Source: Carcharhinus amblyrhynchos (taxonomy: Eukaryota). Taken from it: a stretch of DNA of 64,000 bases. Both the position numbers and the translations under genes were made by a program. This document shows positions 11,285 to 23,149 of this stretch, piece after piece; positions within the stretch are counted from its first letter, which is position 1, and the number at the start of each line of letters is the position of its first letter. The stretch is taken from positions 53,320,001 through 53,384,000 of the forward strand of contig OZ336880.1 in assembly GCA_965287045.1 (NCBI GenBank), in the 5' to 3' direction. A model generated the notes under the pieces. The model worked only from the letters and a program-made list of their open reading frames with translations, had not been told where the DNA came from and did not search any database.

Positions 11285-14200
11285 GGACGAGATTTTCCTG
11301 TCCATTGCATTAAGTACAGGAGTGGATGTGAAAAACTGTCTTTTACTACCAGTGACAATGGTAGGTTTCATGTCATATTGTCCATTCCATGCGTCATTAA
11401 TTATGTGTGCAAGCAAAACATGCTAGGTTGCTGGCAGGCAGCCTCTCATTCACCCTACCTGTTGTCAGCTCACTATTTCCTCACTTGGGGTGCCACGTTT
11501 GAATAGCACCTATGTACAGCTTTATCAATGCTTGCAGCCCAGGACTGTTCAGTGGAGGACATGGCTCCTCAAGGGAAGTATGCTGGTGGTCCAAAATTCA
11601 GTGATGCTTCACTTGAGCAACTGTTGGTTGCGGCTGAGGCCTGATCAAATGTCCTCTATCAGTGCTCTGGCTGCAGGAGGTCTGCAAGGTCACAAATCAA
11701 TTTGGGAAGGGGTGGCAATGGTGGCCTGTGTCAATGTCATACAGTAGAGGCTAGTCACTCAGTGTGGGAAGTGAGTGGATGATCTCATCTGTTCTGCCAA
11801 GGTAACTCAATTCACAACGTACACACTCTTAAGTCCATCACATATTCACTGGCATCTTTTTCACTGCTAGAACAAGAAACAATATTATTCACTCTTACAC
11901 CAATCTACTTTGGAACTTGCGTGTTCACACATGGCTCTACTCACCACCCACATATGACAGGCATCTTTATCATCTACCCTGGCATCGCCTTACTCATACT
12001 CTTTGTCTGTCTTCATGCAGGACAGGCTTGTACGCAATAAAAGGGAACAGTCCCAGACTAGGAGGGCATGCTCAACATCAAGGTCCTCATGGAGTTCGAA
12101 AACTGTGCCATAAAAGCTGGCTGGAAAGGACATCAACCGCATCTGTGCCAATAGTGATTGAGCATCCTGGACCAGCTCATCACCACCATGAGTGCTTTGT
12201 CCTGTTTTTGAGTTGTCTGCCATGCACTAATGATTTCTCCTTTCTTTATAGGTGCCTGTAGAAAGTTCCTGAGGCCACCTACAAGCCAAGCCCTGAGCTC
12301 CAGCCCCAGTGACACCTTGATTGAGGAAGCAGAGGGCACTATAGAAGAAGGCCCATCACAGTGCTCACCCTTACCCTCCACCAGCGCAGAGACACACACT
12401 TGCTGAAACCAAGTTCTGGAGCAGCCTCAGGGACACAATCTTGTGAGCACAGTGCACAATCTGGTCCACAGTAGGTGGAGGCAGGGACCTAAAAGGTTGC
12501 TGGCACTCAGAGAGCTGGAGGTCATGATTCTGCTGAGTCTGAGTCAGATGACAAGCTTCCAGTCTAGGTCCTAAATTAATTGCTGGAGCTGCAGCAACAA
12601 TTCATTTTGGTAGGACAAACTTGAATGCCGATTACAGGCTCAACAGCAGGGTTCTGAGGAATGTGGAGGAACAGAGAGATCTCTGAAGATTGCCACTCAA
12701 GTGGATAGAGCTGTGAAGAAGGCTTACAGTATGTTAGCATTTATTAGCAGGGGGTTTGAGTTTAAGAGCCATGGGGTTATGTTGCAATTTTACTGGATGT
12801 TGGTGAGACCACATTTGGGATATTGTGTTCAGTTCTGGTCACCTCACTATAAGACGGATATGGAAGCATTGGAGAGAGTGCAAAGGAGATTTACCAGGAT
12901 GCTGCCTGGTTTGGAAGGTAGGTCTTATGAGGAAAGGTTGAGGGAGCTGGGGCTTTTCTCTTTAGAATGGAGGAGGATGAGAGGCAACTTAATAGAGGTT
13001 TATAAGATGATGAGGGGGATAGATAGAGTGGACGTGCAGAGACTATTTCCTCGGGTGGATGTAGCTGTTACTAGGGGGCATAACTATAAGGTTCATGATG
13101 GGAGATATAGGAGGGATGTCCGAGGTAGATTCTTCACTCAGAGTGGTTGGGGTGTGTAATACGCTGCCTGCTGTGATAGTGGAATCGGACACTCTAGGAA
13201 CTTTCAAGCGGTTATTGGATAGGCACATGGAGCACACCAGAGTTATAGGGAGTGGGATAGCTTGATCTCAGGTTTGGACATTGCTCGGTACAACATTGAG
13301 GGCCGAAGGGCCTATACTATGCTGTACTGTTCTATGTTCTATGTTCTAATTGTGGAAATATCAGAAAGGGATATCAGCTACATTCCTCAGATTGCAACAG
13401 ATAATGGAATCCATCTGCCTTTAATCTGAGGTGATGCCAAGGCTGGATCAAAGCTGGCAGATTGACATAGAGACCTTGGTCCAGGATATTGGTCCTGCAC
13501 TGCTACCCCATCACTGTAGCCCTTGCTGGCATCCATACAGTGGCTACACAAGAATGAGGGTGTAGCACTTCAACCACATGCCCACTGCCCCTTCTCCTCA
13601 AAGAGTCAGTCAAGGGCTCTTAGGCACCAATAAGGAATTAGACAGAAGCTGAACACCACAGGACCATCCAGCCAAATGACTTCGGGACTCTTCAGCCAAT
13701 CCAAATCCCCTCTTCCTGTAATCCCAGTTTGCCAGGATGAGGAGAGCACACCTGCCCCACAGTAGGACATCCAAAGCAGGCTGAGTTCAGGTCTTGGCCC
13801 TCCAGAGAACGCCTGCCAAGGTCATCACAGACAACAGGGTGCAGCAGCAGGCTGCCTCCACCTCCACTGCAGATGTCGGGGAAACACCAAGAAGTAGCGG
13901 TAGAATTAGAAAAGCTGACAAGATTTAGAAGCACTATGGTGGCACAAGTGTTCACAACCTGTGTATAATGTACACAATTGTGAATGGAATCACACCCATA
14001 TCGTATCTCCTCTTGTGTCTGCCTCCTTCTTATGATGAACTGTTTTGTTGTCAATCCCATGTGATATCTTGTTCCCTCCTACTTATTGCAGTTGTCACTA
14101 TCATGAGCCTCTTGTCTGTGCAGTGTGTCTCCATATCATCACATTATGATGCCTTTTGCCAGATCATTCTCCATATCAGTTGTGCCTTAAACTTACTGTT

Positions 14201-14340
14201 AAGTGTGCTTGTGGAACAAAGCATGTTCACATGCTTGGCAATGTCATATCATGCTTATTTTTGACTGTGTAAGATTGAGGCAGAAGAGTTTTCCTATCTC
14301 ATCTGCATTTTTAAAAGGTGTAAGTGTAGTCTAGGAATTT
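11285..14340 (+). mobile_element. Decayed Harbinger/PIF element, Myb/SANT-like ORF region, with a nested CR1
   Basis: WEGVAMVACVNVIQ*RLVTQCGK*VDDLICSAK followed by a GT donor (Myb/SANT trihelix-like), then a Ser/Glu-rich exon (EEGPSQCSPLPSTSAETHT). Confidence 0.6.
12600..13347 (+). mobile_element. 5'-truncated CR1 LINE
   Basis: ORF 12701..13159 (LVRPHLGYCVQFWSPHYK..LERVQRRFTRMLPGL..RMRGNLIEVYK); (ttctatg)n tail at about 13330-13347. Confidence 0.95.
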
Positions 14341-14479
14341 TTGTCACGCCTGGCCCGGAACCAGAAATTCCTGCCAAGATCCATCAAATTCTCCATCCCG
14401 CCTTTGACAATTCATGCAGTGGGCAGTACCAGAAGATTTCCACCTTCATGTTCAAGGAGAAATGTGTTCACACATGGTG

Positions 14480-14870
14480 AATCCTCATATATTGTGCTAC
14501 CCTATGTGCTTTGTGTCTCAGCTGGATTTTCATGCAATGGAAGAATGCACCACAACTGACTGAGCCTATAGATTCACAGCAGAGGGACATCATTGGTTGT
14601 CTTGTCCCAAGTGTGTCTTAATTGATTCTCCATTGATGTTACACATTTTCATTCCACCAGTATGACATTTCCACAAGGAAATCAGGCACATTGATGCTAT
14701 CGTAAACAACGTAACCAATACATAACCATGTTGACTGACTATCTGAGAGTTGGACTGGGGTGATGTAAAAAGATACTAACCAGACCTTCTTGTCCAGTAC
14801 AGCATCCTCCCATGTCAAACCCTGGCATCTGGGGCCTTTACACACATCAGTTACCTCTTGCAATGTTAAA
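14480..14870 (-). mobile_element. Harbinger (HARBI1-type) transposase C-terminal relic
   Basis: Minus-strand translation resembles the decayed IEQTIGLLK.RFRCL..CC.LHN region; it lies among other Harbinger pieces. Confidence 0.45.
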
Positions 14871-14877
14871 CATGTGT

Positions 14878-16560
14878 CAATCTATTGATGGCAATCTTTG
14901 CAGCTCCAATATCTCTGTTAGGGCCAAGTCTTGAGACTCATCATATGATTCAGACTCAGCAGGAGTCGTCTAGCAGTTCTCTCAGTGCTGGTGACCTTGG
15001 ATACCTCTGCTGCGGACCCCAATCAGTGCTGTGCTCACCATCTGATACTGCTCTAGAACATGGTCCCATTGAGGTGTATGTCTCTGCGCTGGTGGAGGAT
15101 GCAGATGAGCACTGTGATAGTTCTTCATCTAGTGGGTCCTCAGTCCTCTGCAGCATGGAGGTGGGGAAGTGGGGATTAACGTTGGGGTGAAAAGTGATGT
15201 TTAGATGTACGCACAGATGTGAAATAACACTGCATGCCACCAGGAGCATACAAGAGCTCTGGGTTTCGGTGCATATGTAAAGCACACTCAAAGCTGATGG
15301 AAATTACATGGAGGCAAATTAAAATGCAGCAACTGAGATAGACTGAAATGCACATCGACATTTAATCTCCACTCTTCAATGCAGAAGCATCAGGAGACTA
15401 AAGCAGCCTCCAGCTTCCAAACTCATAAGGCAACATTATAATAACCTCTGAAGCAAATAGTAGAGATGCCTTGCCCAACCACCAAGTTCTTAGAGCCAGA
15501 GGCTTCACTCATGTTGATACTGCACAGAGAATGGTAAGGCAGTGTAATGAGATGGTACAAGACATCAGAGACCTGAGGCAGGCAATGCAACATCTGTAAG
15601 GAAGGGAGACATTTGCAACATTTGACTGATGATGGAGCATATTAGATAGAAAAGGCATGCACTGGATGAGAAGTTGTCTGAAACAAATTCTATTCACATG
15701 CACACAAGTTACATACTGATTGTGAAATCTCATGCTATCTTTGTGTTCTTGGTGTTTCTTAATTTTATTCATCCTAACATTTGGTAGAGGCATCTAGCTG
15801 ACTGCTATGCTCTGTTGTCTGTGATGACATTGTTCGGCGTTCTCTGGAGGACTGAGGCTTGGAGGACTCTGGCTGGCTTTGGGTCTCCTGTTTTGTGGTA
15901 GGTTGGCCCTTCTAGGCCTTTGGAGCTGGAGCTGATGGGGTCACAGGCAGAGGAGATTGGAGCGGCTGAACATTTCAGAGTCATCTCGCTGCCTGGCTGA
16001 TGGTCCTCTTTCCTATGGATGTCCAAGATCCTTGCCTGACTCTTTGAGGAGAAGGGGTACCTGGAGTCAGGTTGTGGTGTCCTGTCCCCCTCTCACTTAA
16101 TCACTGATGCATCCCACCTCTGCCTAGAGTGATGGAGTTCAGGTCCTGGTGCAGGTTACGTTCAATGTCCTGGACTCAGGTCTCTATGTCAGTTGTCATC
16201 CTAACCACATTGACCTCTGTTCTCTGGCATGTCAGCATTATGACATCAGACTGAACTCAGTCAGACTCCTCCACCATCTATTGCAATCTATTGATGGCAA
16301 TCTTTGCAGCTCCAATATCTCTGTTAGGGCCAAGTCTTGAGACTCACCATATGATTCAGACTCAGCAGGAGTCCTCTAGCAGTTCTCTCAGTGCTGGTGA
16401 CCTTGGATACCTCTGCTGTGGACCCCACTCAGTGCTGTGCTCACCAGATGGTGATTCTGATACTGCTCTAGAACATGGTCCCACTGAGGTGTATGTCTCT
16501 GCGCTGGCGGAGGATACAGATGAGCACTGTGATAGTTCTTCATCTAGTGGGTCCTCAGTA
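14878..16560. repeat. Pair of near-identical ~270-bp direct repeats (14878-15148 and 16284-16560) from a Harbinger Myb-ORF exon
   Basis: ORFs 14885..15190 and 16291..16704 share MMAIFAAPISLLGPSLETHHMIQTQQESSSSSLSAGDLGYLCCGP.. almost exactly; a 6-bp indel separates them. Confidence 0.9.
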
Positions 16561-17377
16561 TCCTTATCTGAAGTAGTGTTGGAGCTGGGGCTAACGGGCT
16601 GGTTGCCTAAAGCCCCTCCTCCTTTTTCTGCTGGTGCCTTTGAAAGCAAGAAGAGACAATTAATGATTTACTGCATAGACACCAATATTACAAAATACCC
16701 ATAGTTTTGGTGGATGTCTAATGGGCTGTTAATGACTGCACACTGGCTTGCAAGAAGCTGATCTCACCCTTGGTGCATGCACAGTCCTTGCCCTCACTGG
16801 CTGCCTGTTCTCCCCGTCAGTCTGGGATCTCTCCTTGTTGTTATTATGCCAGGAAACTATCCTAGAAGTGTTCTACAAAGAATACATTTGCCAATTTGAT
16901 TGGTTCAGCCTATGTGAAGATTAAAGTTCCCCACAATTATTACATTGCCTTTGTCACAAACTCCAATTATTCCTTGAATATTGCTGAAAAGGGAAATTTT
17001 TTGCTGAAGGTTTTATCTTGTACTTATTAGGACAAATGCAAGAATGTCAAATATCAAATGATTGCAACAATTTATATTACAGGAGAAGGATACTGATTGT
17101 TTGCAGGTTCCCTCTGACTGAGGCATTGCCATGGACAATCAATTCAAGCTCACAATGTGATTCATTTACACTTGTGAAAAGCGGCATACATTCAAATGCA
17201 GGGATCTGTTCTCTGCAAACAAAAGGAATATGTTCAAGCCTGCAGCTTTTTAAAATTATCCCAGTGCTTGGGTAGCCTTTTGTTCTCCAATGCTTTCTCC
17301 ATGGCAATATCTCAGCCAATCATAGTTAGCTTGCCAACCAGTCAGCATCTTTTCTCCTGAAATATAAATTGTTGTAA

Positions 17378-17743
17378 TTTCTTTGGGAAAGATATTGACT
17401 ATCTAGCTGATCTATGCCCCTCATTATTTTATAGATCTTTATAAGGTCACCCGTCAGCCTCCTATGCTCCAGAGAAGAAAGTCCCAGTCTATCCAGCCTC
17501 TCCTTAAAACTCAATTCATCAAGTCCCAGTAGCATCCTAGTAAATCTTTTCTGCACTCTTTCTAGTTTAATAATATCCTTTCTATAGAAGGGTGACCAGA
17601 ATTGCACACAGTATTCCTGGAGTGGCCTTACCGATGTCTTGTACAACTTCAACAAGACGTCGCAACTTCTGTATTCAATGTTCTGACCAAAGAAACCAAG
17701 CATGCTGAATGCCTTCTTTACCACTCTGCCTACCTGTGACTCC
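17378..17743 (-). mobile_element. CR1 LINE fragment
   Basis: ORF 17326..17745 (VRPLQEYCVQFWSPFYRKDIIKLERVQKRFTRML). Confidence 0.9.
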
Positions 17744-19150
17744 AAAGAACAAAGAACAAAGAATAATACAGCACCAGAACAGGCCCTTGGCCCTCCAAGC
17801 CTGTGCTGCTCATTGGTCCAACTAGACCATTTGTTTGTATCCCTCCATTCCCAGTCTGTTCATGTGGCTATCCAGCTAAGTCTTAAATGATCCCAGCGCA
17901 TCCGCCTCCACCACCCTGCTTGGCAGTGCATTCCAGGCCCCCACCACCCTCTGTGTAAAATACGTCTCTCTGATATCTGAGTTAAACCTTGCCCCCTTCA
18001 CCTTGAACCTGTGACCCCTCGTGATCGTCACCTCCGACCTGGGAAAAAGCTTCCCACTGTTCACCCTATCTATGCCCTTCATAATTTTATACACTTCTAT
18101 TAGGTCTCCCCTCATTCTCCGTCTTTCCAGGGAGAACAACCCCAGTTTACCCAATCTCTCCTCATAACTAAGACCCTCCATACCAGGCAACATCCTGGTA
18201 AACCTTCTCTGTACTCTCTCCAAAGCCTCCACGTCCTTCTGGTAGTGTGGCAACCAGAACTGGACATAGTTCTCCAAATGCAGCCTAACCAACGTTCTAC
18301 ACAGCTGTAACATCAGACGCCAATTTTTATACTCTATGCCCCGTCCTATAAAGGCAAGCATGCCATATGCCTTCTTCACCACCTTCTCCACCTGTGATGC
18401 CACCTTTAAGGATCTGTGGACTTGCACACCCAGGTCCCTCTCTGTGTCTATACTCTTGATGGTTCTGCCATTTATTGTATAGCTCCCTCCTACATTAGTT
18501 CTACCAAAATGCATCACTTCGCATTTATCTGGATTAAATTCCATCTGCCATTTTTCCGCCCAATTTTCCAGCCTATCTATATCCTGCTGTATTCTCTGAC
18601 AATGTTTATCGCTATCCGCAAGTCCAGCCATCTTTGTGTCGTCCGCAAACTTACTGAACACACCAGTTACACCTTCTTCCAAATCATTTATATATATCAC
18701 AAAGCCCTGCGGAACACTACTAGTCACAGACCTCCAGCTGGAAAAAGACCCTTCCACTGTCTTCTGTGGCCAAGCCAGTTCTCTATCCATCTAGCCACCT
18801 CTCCTTTTATCCCATGAGATTTAACCTTTTGCACCAACCTGCCATGAGGGATTTTGTCAAACGCTTTACTAAAATCCATATAGATGACATCCACGGCCCT
18901 TCCCTTATCAACCGTTTTTGTCACCTCCTCAAAAAACTCCACCAAATTTGTGAGGTATGACCTCCCTCTTACAAAACCATGTTGTCTATCACTAATGAGA
19001 TTATTCCATTCTAAATGTGCATACATCCTATCTCTGAGAATCCTCTCCAACAATTTCCCTACCACGGACGTCAAACTTACCGGTCTATAATTACCCGGGT
19101 TATCCTTGCTACTGTTCTTAAATAACGGTACCACATTCGCTATCCTCCTA
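17744..19150 (-). mobile_element. Relatively young 5'-truncated CR1 LINE (RT domain, frameshifted)
   Basis: ORFs 18724..19164 (NYRPVSLTSVVGK..QHGF..YMDFSKAFD) and 17876..18790 (SKFADD..LERVQRRFTR); (ttctttg)n tail at about 17744-17765. Confidence 0.95.
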
Positions 19151-19199
19151 AATTTAAAAATCAATGTGGTTAGGATGACAAAAATTTAAAAAACAGCTC

Positions 19200-19862
19200 T
19201 TTTTTGAACATTCTAACACTCACTTTGTTTCCTTTATCTGATATTTCCTGAAAATAATTCAACATAGTTGATCTAATACAATCTGCCATTTAGAAATCTG
19301 TGTGGACTGGCCTAATTAGTTTTTGGTTCTCCACATGGCTTGATATCAACATTTAAAATCAAACTAGTAGCCTGCCATCTTTTTCAAAGAGGAGAATCAC
19401 ATTTGCTTCCAGTTCACTGTTAAATCTTACATATCACAAAAGTTTGGAAAAATATACTCAGATTTATTTCTTCCCTCAGGATTCTGAGATGTTAAATTTT
19501 TAAAAATTTGTTATATATACAAATGATGGGAATGCCACACTAGGTATTCCAAACAGCTAAAAGGTTTTCTCAGCTCCTGTGGGCTCAAATGAGTCTGCAG
19601 TGTTCTCCACCAATTTCCATACCGTATCCATATGGGTGAACTAAGTAGGACCCAATACCTCTCCCAGTCTCCCAGCCCTGCTTAGTTCACATATCCTCTG
19701 GACATTGCTTTATAGGATAACCTCTTACAGTGATTTACTGGAATTGTATGTTCAATTTAATTGCTGACCAATCAAGAATCTCTGAAAGGATGGTAGCTAT
19801 TGTTGCAGGATTAGGATAAGATTTAAACAATACTGAATCTGCAGCCAGTTGGAGATGGGTAA
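19200..19862 (-). pseudogene. L: Paramyxovirus-like L polymerase fragment (connector-domain region), tentative
   Basis: ATILSEILDWSAIKLNIQFQ*ITVRG (19720-19734), then 27 residues, then HP (LVHP at 19633-19644), then VWK..FEPTGA. Recalled Sendai L reads GILVNQFAYSLYGLNIRG-28aa-HPKIFKRFW..VEPVYGP. Confidence 0.45.
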
Positions 19863-20303
19863 GGCTGAATAAACTAGGCTTGTACTCGTTAGAGTTTAGA
19901 AGAATGAGGGGAGATCTCATTGAGACGTATAAGATGATGAATGGGATGGATAGGATAGTGGTGGAGAGACTCTTCCCGCTCAAAAAAGACAGTAGGACTA
20001 GGGGGCACAGCCTCAAGATAAAGGGGGGGCGGTTTAGAACGGAGTTGAGGAGGAACTTCTTCACTCAAAGGGTGGTGAATATCTGGAATTCTCTGCCCGT
20101 TGAAGTGGTGGAGGCTGCCTCGCTAAATATTTTTAAGAAGCGGGTTGATGGGTTTTTGATAAGAGAGGGGATTAAGGGTTATGGGGAGAGGGCGGGAAAG
20201 TGGAACTGAGCCACAACAGATCAGCCATGATCTTATTGAATGGCGGGGCAGGCTCGAAGGGCCAGATGGCCTACTCCTGCTCCTATTTCTTATGTTCTTA
20301 TGT
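19862..20303 (+). mobile_element. Young short CR1 3' end
   Basis: ORF 19880..20209 plus CR1 3' UTR ending ctcctatttcttatgttcttatgt; nearly identical to 60646-61085. Confidence 0.95.
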
Positions 20304-20354
20304 TAAGATGCTAACAAAACCAGTCAGTCATTCATCATCTCATGACACGTAATA

Positions 20355-20990
20355 GGGGAAGCAATGACCTAGTGGTATCATTGCTAGACTATTAATCCAG
20401 AAACTCAGCTAATGTTCTGGGAACCTGGGTTCAAATCCCACTACGGCAGATAATGGCATTTGAATTCAATTAAAAAATCTAGAATTAATTGATGATCCTT
20501 GTCGATTGTCTAAAAAACCCATCTGGTTCACTAATATCCTTTAGGGAAGGAAAGCTGCTGTCCCTACCTGATCTGCTGTCCCTACATGTGACTCCAGAGC
20601 CACAGCAATGTGGTTGACTCTCAACTGTCCTCATGCAACTAGACATGTACAATAAATGCTGGCCAGCTGGCAAGCATATTATCAAATAAATAGGTTGGAC
20701 TAAAACCTGGTGTTGTCAGACTTTTTACTGTGTTTACGCCAGTCCAACGCCAGCATACCCACATCACAGCTGGTGATGCCTATGTCCCACAAATGCATAA
20801 AAAAACCCCAAAATGTTTCACAGAGTAGAATCCTACAGTGCAGAAGGAGGCCATTCGGACCATTGAGTCCACAGTGACCACAATTCCACCCAGACTATCA
20901 CCAATACTCCTTGCATTTACCCTAGCTAGTCTGCATGACATGAAGAGGTAATTTAGCCTGGCCAATCCACCTAACCCGTACATCTTTGGC
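20355..20990. repeat. Cluster: SINE (+, 20355-20680), Penelope terminal repeat (20683-20768), V-SINE/CR1-tail fragment (-, 20810-20990)
   Basis: Matches to the same repeat motifs elsewhere in the window. Confidence 0.75.
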
Positions 20991-21251
20991 TGCTCTTTAT
21001 TTGAAGAAGCAACTTTCTGTTGCTTGATTTCCCAATCCTTTTTCCTCAATTGTGATCTCTCTCACCTTTCACTGTTGGAGTCAAGCAGGCCGGTTTCTCT
21101 GGAAAATCATGCTATTCCCAGATCAGTCATTTTATAAGTTCCTGTGCTAGCAATGTAAACAGGGACTAGAAGTATACACTGTACTCATAAAAAGTGCACT
21201 GTTGGCAACAATGCACTGTCTTTCTTCAGTTAATCTTTAACTCCATCAGCC

Positions 21252-21495
21252 ATGTGGCATGGTGGCACAGTGGTCAGCACTGCTGCCTCACAGCGTCAGG
21301 GACCTGGGTTTGAGTCCTGGCTTAGGTCACCATCTGTGTGCGCATTTTCCTCCTGTCAGTGTGGGTTTCCTCCGAGTGCTCCAGTTTCCTCATTGTACCT
21401 GAACAGGCACTGGAGTAGGACAGTTATGGGATTTTCACAGTAACTTTATTGCAGTGCTAATGTAAGCCTACTTATGACCATTAAATAAACTTTGG
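21252..21495 (+). mobile_element. V-SINE (HE1-like)
   Basis: ggcatggtggcacagtggtcagcactgctgcctcacagcgtcagggacctgggtttgagtcc head, gtgggtttcctccgagtgctccagtttcctc V-domain, aataaacttt tail. Confidence 0.9.
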
Positions 21496-21549
21496 TTTAT
21501 TTGGTCAGATCCATCTAAGTTGAATAGTTTTTATTCAACATCAGTAAAA

Positions 21550-22195
21550 TATTGATCGTCATCAATGACAACAGTGTAATTTAGCAACTAGTATACTTTG
21601 GTATGGCTGGAGGATTTGTGAGAGGATTTGGAGGTGGCTACATTCTGTTGAACAGGATCTGCTGATTATCAGGCTCTTTGCACAATAAGGACCTGGAAAA
21701 ACTGATAACTCATGTAAAAATTGGATAATTGGTAACAATGAGTCATTGTGGGGAACCACAGTGATGAACCTTCTGCTGACACAGGTTATGAATACTGAAC
21801 AGTTCCTACTTGACAGAAATGATAAAATATAGTTTAGCTGGCTTTCAAGAAAAGTTATAGACATACAGTACACAAAAAAAATAGAAAAGGCAAACATCAA
21901 CTTTTTACAGCAGCCCATGATAGCTTTGTCAGGCATGAGTCAACCTTGCTGATGATTGGCATCAGTTTACCATAGCCCCATGTGTGAAATTTGTCATGGA
22001 CAGTATGACAAATTAGCAATAGAGGCAAGCCAATCTAGTGGAAAAAGGAAGACAGCAACAAGGGGCCTCAAAGATTTTATTTTACTTCACTTGCAGAAGA
22101 GCATTCCTGTTCCTCATGTCCCTGTGAGAACTTTCACCAAAATTACATTTGACAAGAGGAAAATCCTCCACAGAAATTTGATACTTAAAACTTAA
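21550..22195 (+). pseudogene. M: Endogenous paramyxovirus-like matrix (M) gene, copy 2 (C-terminal two-thirds)
   Basis: One frame from 21722 to 22195 with three internal stops: TTVMNLLLT..RKVIDIQYTKKIEKANINFL..VYHSPMCEI..ILLHLQKSIP..KRKIL. Recalled M motifs: VAFNLLVT, YSADYCKMKIEKMGLVF, CYPLMDI, AVLQPSIP, GRIL. Upstream QLVYF..GGYILLNRIC. Confidence 0.65.
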
Positions 22196-22429
22196 AAAGA
22201 GGCCTTTTAAAGTTAGGATCAATACAACTAAAGGTAATCATGCAAAGTGTAGAAAGTGCAATATAAAATTGGAAAAAAGATTAAGAAGGATTGCAAAGGG
22301 AATATGCAGGAATAACTTGCAGAAAACATCAAACAAGTAAGAGCTTTTATGTACATACAAAACGTAAAATAATAATTAAAGAGAGAATATGACCACTATC
22401 CAACATTTACAATGCACAAGTCTTGTGTG

Positions 22430-22940
22430 GAATGTGGAGTGTGATGGAATATTCCCCACTTGCCTGGATGGGTGCAGCTCCAACAACACTCAAGAAGCTT
22501 GACACCATCCAGTGTCAAGCAGTCTGCTTGATTGGCACCACATCTACAAACATTCAATCCCTCCACCACTGATGCTCAGTAGCAGCATGTGTACAAGATA
22601 CACCCTAGCAACTCATCAAAAATCCTTAGGCAGCATCTTCCAAACCCATGACCACTTCCATCTAGAAGGACAAGGGCAATAGATAAATGGAAAGGCCACC
22701 TGCAAGTTCCCCTCCAAGCCACTCACTGTCCTGACTTGGAACTATATCGCCATTTCTTCGCAGTTGCTGGATCAAAATCCTGGAATTCCCTCCCTATTGG
22801 CATTGTGGGTCAACCCACAGAGCATGGACTGAGCAATTTAAGAAGGTAGCTCACCACCACTTTCTCAAGGGCAACTAGAGATGGGCATTAAATACTGGCC
22901 AGCCAGCGACGCCCATGTCCCACGAATGAATAAAAAAAGT
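22430..22940 (+). mobile_element. CR1/L2-group LINE 3' end
   Basis: gtgatggaatattccccacttgcctggatgggtgcagctccaacaacactcaagaagcttgacaccatccag through the tail aatgaataaaaaaa. Confidence 0.85.
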
Positions 22941-23149
22941 GTAATGAAAGCAGAAATTTAATTGGGAGAGATGTTCAACAAATAATTTGCGTGACTCTTA
23001 AATGAAAGTAAGGGCCGCAATTCTCCCACCTCATCCACAGCTGGGATTCTCCAGTCCTACTGCAGTGAATGGATTTTTGGCTGAGTGCCAAATTCTCCAT
23101 TGTTACTGACAGTGGTGGTGGGGTGAACAAAGTCACGGAATTGTGGCCT

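Noticed and set aside
11490-12400. Domesticated Myb/SANT host gene
   Set aside because: Stops, frameshifts and related decayed copies at 14.9-16.8 kb indicate Harbinger transposon relics.
17876-18790. Longest ORF (304 aa) as a host gene
   Set aside because: It is CR1 reverse transcriptase, frameshifted relative to the upstream ORF.
21562-21936. 124-aa minus-strand ORF (and 32072..32404, 34179..34622 on plus)
   Set aside because: Best explained as antisense shadows of decayed coding frames on the opposite strand.
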